From positions 28,607 through 92,606 of the forward strand of contig JAUVNS010000016.1 in the NCBI GenBank assembly GCA_030599585.1: a DNA stretch of 64,000 nt, given 5' to 3'. The notes under the pieces were generated by a model, which saw only the letters and a program-made list of their open reading frames with translations, did not search any database and was not told the origin of the DNA. Both the position numbers and the translations under genes were made by a program. This stretch comes from Promethearchaeota archaeon. Its GTDB lineage: Archaea > Asgardarchaeota > Lokiarchaeia > Sigyniarchaeales > SOKP01. This document shows, piece after piece, positions 48,666 to 58,680 of the stretch (the first letter of the stretch is position 1; every line of letters starts with the position of its first letter).

Positions 48666-48816
48666 GTCTACTCGTAAAAATATAAGTATATAAAGAACAA
48701 GAAATTTTTCTTGCTCGATCGAAAAACCTCGATGTTAATATTAACATTTTTGAAGTTTAATTATATAAATATCACAGCTTATATTACTATATTAAAGGCA
48801 AAATTAACGATTACAA

Positions 48817-49950
48817 ATGAACGACGATAACAATCCCTCTGTGTTGAAAGATTGTATAAAATTTATTCAACAGCACAAAAGAGAAGCCCCATTTGAAGAT
48901 ACTCCTTTTATTGAAGGAGAGGATGAAATAAGTTATGATATCGCTAAAGAAAGAATTTTTCCAATTCCGATCTGTAACATTTCGCAAAAATTAGGCTTCG
49001 TGGACGGAGGGACTGCCTCAATTTTGAGCGCAGCAGATTTTAGTATTAGTTTGAATAGAGTTGCAGGAGCATTATTCGAAGGAAATAAAATTACTTCTTT
49101 CAAGAAAACTCCCGAAGTTATAGAATTTTATACTGCCACGATCCTAGAGCCTATGACAGATGGAAAAATGGCTTACAACATCCAACTATTTCCGAGAGAA
49201 CCAGAATTTAAAGAATTTTTGCCAGACGAAGAAATTATTATACCCTTGAGTGAAGTAAGACAATTAATTGGATTTCGATTTATGCCGAGAATTGAGATTT
49301 TTGGCGGAGTTGCAATGAGGTTTGCCGAATGGACATACGCTACCAAACTTATCGAATATGAACTGGATAAGGGAGATATATTTATTCGAGATGGATCGCT
49401 TCAAACTGGATATAAAGACGAAATCTTGTTGGTGAGAGAATTACACGCTACGGCCAAAGAGAAAAATGTGTATATTACTGGACTCTCAAAGACGTGTAGG
49501 TTGATTACAAAAAGCGGGGATTCCTTAATCTCTTTAGTTGATATGATGGCAACTAAAAAATATCCAGAAGAGAAGTGGTATTATCATCCAATTTATAGAA
49601 TAACTAAGGCAGATAATTTAGCAGACGTTTATTTCGTGAAACTCCACAAATATGCTCGCTCGCCTTTTAGGTTTGATATTTATTTAGACCAGTCAAAAAA
49701 GTTAGATCAACAAGAAAAAGAAGTAATCATCTCAAATTTAGCAGAAAATTCAACCGATTTATCGTTTCCCGGTTATCCCTACGGTTTAATCAAAGTAGAT
49801 CAATTATCGAGAGTTGCTGCAAGGGAAATTGGGCCTCAAAAAATTCAGTTAATGGCTGAATTCGATTCGGAGCTTTACGAAAAGTTTATTTTGCCACGCA
49901 TTCGCTCCATCGACGCACACGATCTCTTAAACGCAATAAGAAAAAACTAA
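48817..49950 (+). CDS. nurA: NurA 5'-3' nuclease
   Basis: FVDGG, RDGSL, GLSK, GYPYGL; first gene of the nurA-herA-mre11-rad50 operon. Confidence 0.9.
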   Translation: MNDDNNPSVLKDCIKFIQQHKREAPFEDTPFIEGEDEISYDIAKERIFPIPICNISQKLGFVDGGTASILSAADFSISLNRVAGALFEGNKITSFKKTPEVIEFYTATILEPMTDGKMAYNIQLFPREPEFKEFLPDEEIIIPLSEVRQLIGFRFMPRIEIFGGVAMRFAEWTYATKLIEYELDKGDIFIRDGSLQTGYKDEILLVRELHATAKEKNVYITGLSKTCRLITKSGDSLISLVDMMATKKYPEEKWYYHPIYRITKADNLADVYFVKLHKYARSPFRFDIYLDQSKKLDQQEKEVIISNLAENSTDLSFPGYPYGLIKVDQLSRVAAREIGPQKIQLMAEFDSELYEKFILPRIRSIDAHDLLNAIRKN

Positions 49951-49993
49951 AAATTAAATTAAAATTATAACTCAAGTATGAAGGTAATAAAAA

Positions 49994-51583
49994 ATGACAG
50001 AATTAGGAAATAAAATAGGAAGTTTCGTATCAGGGTCTTTTGCAAAATTAATGCTAAGACAAAAATCCGAAAAGGAATTTGAGATTGGAGAATTAATTGT
50101 CGCTGGAAATAGTGCGAACGAATATTCAATCTTCCAGATTAAAGATTTATTTTACGGAAGCCAAATTCCCGATAGTTCTTTGGAGTTAATGGCGGGGTAT
50201 AAATTAGAAAGAGAACGCTCAAATCTCAAAATTTACGAGCCTGAACTAAGGAATTACGTACTTGCCCACGCAAGGGAATTAATATCCGTTAAAAAAAACG
50301 AGGTTTCAGGAGATTTTAATCTTACAATTCCCAAAAAATTACCCAAATTCTTTTCAGATATTTACGAATTAGAAGAATCTCACCTTCAATTTTTCCAAGA
50401 AGAAGAGATTGAGACGCCGTTAAACCTTGGAAAAGTGCGTTCTGGTTCGAAAGTCTTAAATATAAACGTTAAGGTTAACGCTCCAGAGGTATTAAAACAT
50501 CATATATTAATACCGGCGGCAACGGGAAGAGGTAAATCTAATTTGGTAAAAACAATTCTTTACGATCTTCTGGACAACGATAAGTGTGGTAAATTAATAT
50601 TTGACCCCCATAACGAATATTACGGAAGCACAAATCAAAAAGGTTTGAGAGATCACCCAAAAAGTCCTGAATTCTTAGAATATTATACAACAAGAAAAAA
50701 TCCGGGAGCGAACGATTTGAAATTTAACATGAACCTCATTAATCCGGCACACGTTATTGGAAGTATTAGCCTTACCGACGCCCAGAAACAAGCAATGGTA
50801 GTGTTTTATCGGGCTGATAGAAAAAAGTGGATTCAAAATATATTTGAGGATCAGTCAATAGCAGAATTAAAAACCAAAGGAATTCAACTTACAACTATCG
50901 AAGTTCTAAGGAGGAAGATTGGGCTACTATTAAACCTTTACCTTGAAGAAGACGGAACTCTAACCGAAAGAGGAATTTATAAAGCTAACGGCTACGAGCA
51001 AACTACGCACGCTATAATAAGTTCTTTATCTGAGGGCAAAACAGTTATTATTGATAGTTCCTTATTAGAAGGCGCAGAAGAGATATTTATCGCCTCAATT
51101 ATCGTAGAAGGAGTGTTTAAAGCTTACAAAAAGCTTAAGTTTGACGATAAATTGCGCGATAGACCTGTTATCTCAATCGTAATCGAAGAAGCTCCGCGAG
51201 TTATTGGAAAAAAAGTGTTAGATTCAATTGACAACGTCTTTGGAAAGATCGCAAGGGAAGGAAGGAAATTCCAAATCGGTCTTATCGCAATTACGCAGCT
51301 TCCGAGCATAATCGATCGCGAGATTCTTGCCAATATGAACACAAAAATTATTCTTGGAAACGAAATGGGTCCAGAACGAAGGGCTTTAATTGATAGTGCT
51401 GCCCAAGACTTATCGGACGATTATCAAACGATCGGAAGCCTTGATAAAGGAGAAGCTATTGTCACATCTACATTTACTAAATTTGCAGTTCCAATTAGCA
51501 TACCTTTATTTGAAGATTTTATTAAAGAAGGGAAACAAAAACAAAATTCAAAAACTAAAACAACATCACCTGGATTTTCGTAA
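49994..51583 (+). CDS. herA: HerA helicase/ATPase
   Basis: HAS-barrel-like N-terminus, [31 protein letters not shown]. Confidence 0.9.
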   Translation: MTELGNKIGSFVSGSFAKLMLRQKSEKEFEIGELIVAGNSANEYSIFQIKDLFYGSQIPDSSLELMAGYKLERERSNLKIYEPELRNYVLAHARELISVKKNEVSGDFNLTIPKKLPKFFSDIYELEESHLQFFQEEEIETPLNLGKVRSGSKVLNINVKVNAPEVLKHHILIPAATGRGKSNLVKTILYDLLDNDKCGKLIFDPHNEYYGSTNQKGLRDHPKSPEFLEYYTTRKNPGANDLKFNMNLINPAHVIGSISLTDAQKQAMVVFYRADRKKWIQNIFEDQSIAELKTKGIQLTTIEVLRRKIGLLLNLYLEEDGTLTERGIYKANGYEQTTHAIISSLSEGKTVIIDSSLLEGAEEIFIASIIVEGVFKAYKKLKFDDKLRDRPVISIVIEEAPRVIGKKVLDSIDNVFGKIAREGRKFQIGLIAITQLPSIIDREILANMNTKIILGNEMGPERRALIDSAAQDLSDDYQTIGSLDKGEAIVTSTFTKFAVPISIPLFEDFIKEGKQKQNSKTKTTSPGFS

Positions 51584-51624
51584 ATCTTAAGTGATTAAAA
51601 ATAAATAAGTAAAAGGTCAAAAGA

Positions 51625-52926
51625 TTGATTGTAAAATTTGCACATTTATCTGATTGTCATTTGGGAGCTTGGAGAAACGAAGTACTAAATCAAATGGGAT
51701 ACGAAGCGTTCGAGCAGACAATTGATACAATTCTTAAAGAGGAAGTAGATTTTGTTATTATTAGTGGCGATCTATTCGACATCAGTAATCCAAAAGTGGA
51801 CGTCGTGGATTTAGCAGTAAGAGAGTTAAAGAAATTACAAGACAAAAACATCCCGGTCTATGGAATAATGGGCTCGCACGATTTTTCACCGTCTGATAAT
51901 TCAATGATCCGTCCTTTAATTTCGGCAGGATTATTTATAGACCTATCTAAAGGTGAAATAACGGACGATAAGAAATTAAAATTAAAATTTTTCCAAGATG
52001 AAAAAACGGGTATAAAACTAACCGGATTACGAGCGCGGAAGCGAAGTTTAGAAATCGAAGATTATAAACGACTACTGCGGGAAAATTTAGAGAGTGAGAC
52101 AGGAATCAAAATATTTGTATTACATACTATGATGAGCGAATTAAAACCTATAGAATTCAAAGAAATGGAATCTTCTCCTAAATCGCTCTTACCTCAGAAT
52201 TTTGCGTATTACGCTGGTGGTCACCTACATAAAACTGTTCCCGAAGAATTACGAGAAGGCGATGGAACATTTGTTGTTGATCAAAAAAATAACATTATTT
52301 ACCCTGGATCGCTTTATCCGACCAATTTTCGCGAGCTTGAAAAAAATCGATATGGAGGCTTCTGTATCGTTTCTGGAGATATTAACGCCGAATCTCAAAG
52401 TGCGAAGCTTACGATTAAATATATCCCGATAAAACCGCGAGATATTGTTACACTTACGATTGATTGCGCTAACAAGACCGCTTTAGAATCTATAGAACTT
52501 ATAGCCCAAAAAATTTCTGGCTTAGATGCCGAAGGAAAAATCGTAACGGTCAGAATTATCGGCTCGCTTACTTCTGGGAGAGCCTACGAAATTAAATCGA
52601 GCGAAATTGCAGAACAACTAAAGAATAAAGGAGCGCTCGACGCCTTAATTAATAAGAATGCTCTTACATCGAGAGATTACGCTCCAGTAAGCGTGGCGGT
52701 AGGTAAAACAAACGAGGAGATCGAAGAGGCGCTCATTCACGAACACGCTGAAAAAACTACCATGAAAAAGACATCCAAAAAAGACATGGAAAACAAAATT
52801 CACGGAATCCTAGACGTGTTGGGCACCGATAGAGAGGAAGGAACTCAAGTTAGAGAATACAACGAACAAATATTGCGTCAATTTCTTGAGATTTTTGACC
52901 TAACTAAAAAGGAGAAGAGCTTATGA
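51625..52926 (+). CDS. mre11: Mre11 nuclease
   Basis: SDCHLG, GDLFD, GSHD, GGHLH, YPGS. Confidence 0.9.
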   Translation: MIVKFAHLSDCHLGAWRNEVLNQMGYEAFEQTIDTILKEEVDFVIISGDLFDISNPKVDVVDLAVRELKKLQDKNIPVYGIMGSHDFSPSDNSMIRPLISAGLFIDLSKGEITDDKKLKLKFFQDEKTGIKLTGLRARKRSLEIEDYKRLLRENLESETGIKIFVLHTMMSELKPIEFKEMESSPKSLLPQNFAYYAGGHLHKTVPEELREGDGTFVVDQKNNIIYPGSLYPTNFRELEKNRYGGFCIVSGDINAESQSAKLTIKYIPIKPRDIVTLTIDCANKTALESIELIAQKISGLDAEGKIVTVRIIGSLTSGRAYEIKSSEIAEQLKNKGALDALINKNALTSRDYAPVSVAVGKTNEEIEEALIHEHAEKTTMKKTSKKDMENKIHGILDVLGTDREEGTQVREYNEQILRQFLEIFDLTKKEKSL

Positions 52927-55004
52927 TTTTAGAATCAATTACAATAGGAAACATAAGAAGCATAAAAAAAATGGATCTTACTTTTCCTCAGACAACTATG
53001 CTTTTTTACGGCGATATTGGGAGTGGAAAAAGTTCAGTTCTAAAGGCGATCGAATTCGCTCTATTTGGAACGCTAAAAAGTGGGGATTTAAGCGGAGATT
53101 CTATCTTACGTCGAGGTGAAAACAAAGCTTCTGTGGAGCTAGCTTTTTTACTTGATGGTAATAGATACGTTATAAAGAGGGGGCTTTCAAAAAGTAAGGC
53201 TGGGACGGTCTCACAGACGAAAGGATCGTTTACAATAAACGGTAGTGTAACGTCTTACGCCCCCACTGATTTGCGTAGAAAGATTTTAGAAACGCTCAAC
53301 TATTCAGTTACAAGGTACGAACGAGCACAAAAAATTGATTTGTTTCGATACACGGTATATACGCCCCAAGAATCAGTAAAAGAGATTTTAGAAGCTGCTC
53401 CAGAAAAACGATTTGAAATTTTAAAGGACGTATTTGGCATTGAGAAATACGAAGTTGCGTTAAGAAATATCAAAATTATAATCGATTTTTTAAGAGACGA
53501 TAGTAAAGAGATCGAATTTCGAATTGGTCAACTCGAAGGGATCGAAGATATTATTCCTGAAAAAGAAAAAGAATTACAAGAGCAAGAGAGCAAAATTAGT
53601 AGCATGGAAAAAGATGGTGAAGTTAAACAAAACGAGATAAACCTCGTTAAGAAAGATTTTGACGCAATAAAATCTAAAAAAGAAGACTTATCAAAGAAAA
53701 TAATAGAACTCGAGGGAAAAGAAAAGACCTTTAAAGATTATATTGACCTAAAAGAAAAATACGCGAAAGATCTTGAAACTGCCAAAAATAACATTACTAC
53801 AAACGAACAAGAAGCTAAAAAAATAGTATTAGCTGAACTGTCAAGAGATTTAACTGAAGATCAGATACGAGCTCAAATCTCCGAAGCCCGAGAACAAATA
53901 TCGGAAAAAGGAAAAAAAAAAGCAGTTATCGAGCAGAAAATTAAAGATGTCGATAAATTATTAAAAGAAGGGAAATGTTCGATGTGTGGACAAGAAATCC
54001 ACGAAGAGAAGCGATTTAAAACAGAGTTAAAAGACGCGTTAGGCAAAGTTGATTCGTTTTCAAATGTAATAGCAACGTTATCTAAAAATATTGACGCATC
54101 AGAACTAAATCTGAAAAATTTACAAGACTACACGGCCAATAAGAGTAAAATAGAGCTATACGAGAAGCTAGTCGAAGCAAGTAAAATACAAGAAACGGAT
54201 AATCAGAAAAAACTAGACGAGATAGTAGTAAAAATAACCCAACTACAAAAAGAAATAGATGGAGCGCTAAAAGCTTTCAAAATCGCTGATATATCCGAAT
54301 TAAAACAATTAGAGGTAGGCATTAAAGAAAAGCTAGCTACGTTTGAGAAGAAGATAGAAGAACTGAATTCCCTAAAGAACGCCATTGACATCGAGTTAAG
54401 CGCTGAAAGCAAAACTCTAGAGTATATGAAAAAAGAAGTTAGCGATTTAAAAACTTGGTTAGAAGAAAAGAAAAAATTAAAAGAGAAGCTGGAACATTCT
54501 ACTGAGATTAGGAATTGGATAAAAGACCAATTTCCCGTGTTATTAAGAGATATTGAAAGGCAGATTTTAATTTCGAGCGCTCGCGAGTTTAACACCTTTT
54601 TTAAAGAATGGTTTAACGTATTAGTTGAGAGCGGAAATATAGAAGTTGAGATTCGCCCTGACGATTTTCAGCCAATAATTAACGTGAACGGATATGATTC
54701 TCCCTTTAAAGATCTTTCAGGAGGAGAAAAAAGTGCGATATCATTGGCTTACAGGTTAGGGTTAACTAAGATCATTAACGAACGGTATCAGGACGTAAAA
54801 ACCAAAGATTTACTGATTTTAGACGAGCCTACTGACGGTTTTAGCCAGCAACAAGTTAATCGCATGCAAGAGATTTTTAACTCGCTGAACACTTCCCAGA
54901 TGATTATCATTTCTCACGAAAGGGCCTTAGACTCGTTTGTAACTGATATATATACGTTTAAAAAGAACAACCACATTACAAAAGTTGTAAGGGAGTCAAT
55001 GTAG
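52923..55004 (+). CDS. rad50: Rad50 ATPase
   Basis: GDIGSGKSS, coiled coil with CSMC zinc hook, LSGGE, LDEPT, ISH. Confidence 0.92.
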   Translation: MILESITIGNIRSIKKMDLTFPQTTMLFYGDIGSGKSSVLKAIEFALFGTLKSGDLSGDSILRRGENKASVELAFLLDGNRYVIKRGLSKSKAGTVSQTKGSFTINGSVTSYAPTDLRRKILETLNYSVTRYERAQKIDLFRYTVYTPQESVKEILEAAPEKRFEILKDVFGIEKYEVALRNIKIIIDFLRDDSKEIEFRIGQLEGIEDIIPEKEKELQEQESKISSMEKDGEVKQNEINLVKKDFDAIKSKKEDLSKKIIELEGKEKTFKDYIDLKEKYAKDLETAKNNITTNEQEAKKIVLAELSRDLTEDQIRAQISEAREQISEKGKKKAVIEQKIKDVDKLLKEGKCSMCGQEIHEEKRFKTELKDALGKVDSFSNVIATLSKNIDASELNLKNLQDYTANKSKIELYEKLVEASKIQETDNQKKLDEIVVKITQLQKEIDGALKAFKIADISELKQLEVGIKEKLATFEKKIEELNSLKNAIDIELSAESKTLEYMKKEVSDLKTWLEEKKKLKEKLEHSTEIRNWIKDQFPVLLRDIERQILISSAREFNTFFKEWFNVLVESGNIEVEIRPDDFQPIINVNGYDSPFKDLSGGEKSAISLAYRLGLTKIINERYQDVKTKDLLILDEPTDGFSQQQVNRMQEIFNSLNTSQMIIISHERALDSFVTDIYTFKKNNHITKVVRESM

Positions 55005-55110
55005 GATTTAGATTAAATTCTTAAACTTAATGAATTAATGGATAAATCAATATTTTTTATTATTATTTTAATATGATAATTATATAATTGATCTTAGTTT
55101 CTTTGTAAAG

Positions 55111-58100
55111 ATGACATTCGATAAGGGACATCTCGTTTCTAAAATAAAAGAGAAAACTAAAATTCAGTATCATGAGAAAATTCTCAAAGAAGGAAGAGAA
55201 ATTAAACCTGAATGGATGATTAATCCGCAAAAACCTGAAAATCTTGTTGGAGATATTTTTGATGAGCTCTTGACTCTGCTTAAAATCCCTAATGAATCTA
55301 TAATTACTCAAACTAGGGTTGAAAGGTATGATCTTTTTAAAGAGAAACGATACAGATATCCCGATTATCAGTTAATTAAACATCGAAGATCCGAGAAAAA
55401 CTTGTATATTGAATTAGAACCATACAATACAGATATCGAAATAGGAGTAAAACAAGCAAAAGAATGGATAAGCGATATTACTATAGGAACAGTTGCCAAT
55501 GCGATGGCAATTAATTTAAATAAATTTATTTTGATCTATTTTGATGGTAAAAAAGTTCGAAAAAAAGAACTTTCAGTGGAAGAAGCTTGTTCTTATTTAT
55601 CTGAAATTGTGTCTGGAAAAGAATTATCAATTAAATTAGATGAAATCAATAAAATCACAGATCAGTTTTACAATCAATTTTCTGCAATAATTCATAGTGG
55701 AACGTATACAAGTATTATAAACGAGAAAATAACAATTCTTCCCGAAAATAGCATTGTTGAAAACCTTTTATACGCTAAAAAATTTAGCGAGATGGAAAAA
55801 ATAGAATTCATTTATACAATATTTAACAGGTTAATCTTTATCAAAATATTAGTAGATTGGAATCTTTTTCCAGAAATATTTTCTTATCTTCGAAAAGTCC
55901 CCCATCATTTAATACATACAGAATTAAATAATCTTTTTTTTAGAACTTTATCAGTCAGAAAAGGAGATAGAATTAATTTACCTAAAGCTTATGATGATAT
56001 ACCATTTCTAAATGGAGGTTTATTTAGGATTACTACGATTGAAAAAGATAATCCTAACATAACGATAGATCCGGATTATTTACTAATAATACTTGATTTT
56101 TTAGAGGAATATACATTTATAGAAAATGGGTCAAGTAAATCTTCAATAAATAGTGAAGTTCTGGGTTATATTTTTGAAAAAACGATTGAATTTCGCAAGG
56201 GTACAGGATCATACTATACTCACGCAATAATTTGTGATTTTATGTGTGAAAGTGTTCTCTATCCACATTTAATCGCAAGAATGAACGATTATTTAAAGGC
56301 GATTGGATATAAAGAAGGTGAATTATTGGAAAACTTCGAGGAAATATTCATGTTAAAGGAAACATCTTTAAATAATTTGTATGAGAAGGTAATAAGAAAT
56401 CTGAAAGTATGTGATATATGTGTTGGCTCTGGAGCTTTTCTCTTAGCTATGGGTAATCTTTTACTTGAAATACACGAAAGAATTCTAACGATCCTTCATA
56501 AAAAAGTAGATAAGATAGAATTAAAGCAGAATATTGTGGAGTCTAATCTATTTGGCGTAGATCTTATGCTTTCAGCAATTCAAATCTGCCAATTGAGATT
56601 ATGGCTATGGATTTCAGAAGGTTCTAAAGAGCTAAAACCATTACCCAATATAGAATATAATCTAAGAGTAGGAAACACTCTTTTAGGTTCTACTACAACG
56701 ATAAATATTCAATCAATTAATTATAAGTTTATTAAAAAAATAAAAAAAGCAACTTTCTTAGGCGAGAGTATTCCAGAATATAAAGAAATTATAAAAGAGT
56801 TTGAAAAAATGACTGTGAGTTTTCAATCTTTAAAAAAGTTGAAAACATTGCTCTTAGATCTTTACGTGTATAGTCACGATACAAATACGATTTTATTAAA
56901 AGAATTAATTGAAGATTTAAACGAACTAATTGTAGAAAGCGCTGATATTCTTTATTTGGAAGTATTTAAGAAAGATGTTAAAAAAATAAAACTTAAAAAC
57001 GAAGTTTCCCATGATTTCTTAAGGAATTTAAAAGCCTTTCATTGGTATGTCGAATTTCCACAAGTATTTCCTAAAGGGTTTGATATAATCGTAGGTAACC
57101 CTCCTTATATTTCTACAAAATTCTTAACAAAAATTCCTTTAGAACAAGATATTCAGGCTCTTACTAAAGAACGAGATAAAAAGAAAAAGAAAGTAAAGAA
57201 ATTAAAATCTAAGGATTATATTGAGAAATATCAGAACGAAGTAAGAAGTCTAGAAGAGCAAATCATTACTAAAACTGAATTGCTTCAAACAGAACCCTAT
57301 CAAAAGGAAATTCTCTATAATAAGATTTATAAAAATTTTTTAAAAAATCATTATAAATGGGCTTATAAGATTTATGACATCTTAATACCTTTTTTTGAGA
57401 AAGGATTCGAACTATTAAAAAATAACAAAAAAACTTATTTAAGCTTTATAACGTCGAATAAATTCTTGGCAACAGATTATGGTGAGTTGATAAGGAAAGC
57501 CTTTTTAAACGAATTTCAAATAGAAATCATCATCGATATATCAATGATAAAGGTGTTTAAGGATGCTGCTGTTTACCCAATTATTATTTCAATAAAAAAA
57601 TGTGAACCGATTGAACATTGGAATGTTGCGATAGGAAGATATAAAGACATAAATCAATTGGGAAATTCATTATATTCTGTTGAACAGGAGAGATATAACA
57701 AAATTGATACCAAATTTTTAATTTATATCCCGCTGTATATGGAATCCTATACTTTATTCGATAAATTATACTCTCATTCAAAATGTACTACTGTCGGGGA
57801 AGAATTTCTTAATTCCTATCGTGCATTTCATTTTACAGAATGGGGAGATTACGAGATCTTTGTTAAAGATCAACCTGGAGAAAAACTTGGTGACGACTAT
57901 TTTTTATATGTCACTAATAATGATATATCTCCTTTCAGAATTGAAACGGAAAGACTCTTATATTTTCATAAGTCAGTTTCTAAAAAGACGAATCCTAAGA
58001 ACATCATTATAGAAGATGAGAAATGGAATATTTTTAACAGTGAACTTTTATTAATCAAAGAAGTCGCATTAGATCTAATTTGTGCATTAGGAAAAAACTA

Positions 58101-58605
58101 TGCAAATATAGGTAAAATTTATGCACTTAGACTAAAGGAGGATTCAGAATTTGGAAATATTTCAAATCTTTATTTTTTAGCTCTTTTTAATTCAATACTA
58201 TTAGACTTTTATTTTCGGGTCATTTTTTGGAACACACATCTAAGTGGCGGATATTTAAATTATCATTTTAGTTACCTATCGATATTACCGCTCTTAAAGA
58301 TTAAGCCAACCTCAATCGAATTAAAAAGAATAGTGTTTCTATCTCAGTATTTAACGATTCATTCGAACGAAATAATTAATTTACTACTTAATTTTCTAGT
58401 AATAAACGCTTATTTTCCAGATGAATTTCTAATCCCTACATCAATAATTGACATTATAGATGAGAATAGAAGTAAACATAGAAATGAAAATAAAATCAAT
58501 AAGGTTTTTGAAAAACTAGAAGATATAAAGAGAGAGATTTCTGCATTAGAAAGTCACAAAATATATCAGATTATAAAGAAAGAAAGAAAATTTAAAGAAA
58601 CTTAA
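55111..58605 (+). CDS. Type IIG (Eco57I-like) restriction-modification enzyme, N6-adenine MTase fused to a PD-(D/E)xK-like N-terminus and TRD
   Basis: YPDY..YIELE, PFLNGGLF, GSYYT, DICVGSGAF, GVD, GNPPY. Confidence 0.85.
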   Translation: MTFDKGHLVSKIKEKTKIQYHEKILKEGREIKPEWMINPQKPENLVGDIFDELLTLLKIPNESIITQTRVERYDLFKEKRYRYPDYQLIKHRRSEKNLYIELEPYNTDIEIGVKQAKEWISDITIGTVANAMAINLNKFILIYFDGKKVRKKELSVEEACSYLSEIVSGKELSIKLDEINKITDQFYNQFSAIIHSGTYTSIINEKITILPENSIVENLLYAKKFSEMEKIEFIYTIFNRLIFIKILVDWNLFPEIFSYLRKVPHHLIHTELNNLFFRTLSVRKGDRINLPKAYDDIPFLNGGLFRITTIEKDNPNITIDPDYLLIILDFLEEYTFIENGSSKSSINSEVLGYIFEKTIEFRKGTGSYYTHAIICDFMCESVLYPHLIARMNDYLKAIGYKEGELLENFEEIFMLKETSLNNLYEKVIRNLKVCDICVGSGAFLLAMGNLLLEIHERILTILHKKVDKIELKQNIVESNLFGVDLMLSAIQICQLRLWLWISEGSKELKPLPNIEYNLRVGNTLLGSTTTINIQSINYKFIKKIKKATFLGESIPEYKEIIKEFEKMTVSFQSLKKLKTLLLDLYVYSHDTNTILLKELIEDLNELIVESADILYLEVFKKDVKKIKLKNEVSHDFLRNLKAFHWYVEFPQVFPKGFDIIVGNPPYISTKFLTKIPLEQDIQALTKERDKKKKKVKKLKSKDYIEKYQNEVRSLEEQIITKTELLQTEPYQKEILYNKIYKNFLKNHYKWAYKIYDILIPFFEKGFELLKNNKKTYLSFITSNKFLATDYGELIRKAFLNEFQIEIIIDISMIKVFKDAAVYPIIISIKKCEPIEHWNVAIGRYKDINQLGNSLYSVEQERYNKIDTKFLIYIPLYMESYTLFDKLYSHSKCTTVGEEFLNSYRAFHFTEWGDYEIFVKDQPGEKLGDDYFLYVTNNDISPFRIETERLLYFHKSVSKKTNPKNIIIEDEKWNIFNSELLLIKEVALDLICALGKNYANIGKIYALRLKEDSEFGNISNLYFLALFNSILLDFYFRVIFWNTHLSGGYLNYHFSYLSILPLLKIKPTSIELKRIVFLSQYLTIHSNEIINLLLNFLVINAYFPDEFLIPTSIIDIIDENRSKHRNENKINKVFEKLEDIKREISALESHKIYQIIKKERKFKET

Positions 58606-58680
58606 TAAATTTTTGGATGATTTACCAAAGAACCAATAAGATTTTAACTCCAAATTAATTGGGACTCATGCTTTATATTT

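Noticed and set aside
1-48700. Island as a provirus or integrated plasmid
   Set aside because: No integrase, capsid, terminase, relaxase or replication initiator recognised; composition of most genes matches the adjacent nurA-rad50 operon
49994-52926. Non-consensus motifs in HerA (PAATGRGKS) and Mre11 (GSHD) as signs of inactivation
   Set aside because: The other catalytic residues are intact and the operon is complete, so these are probably lineage variants
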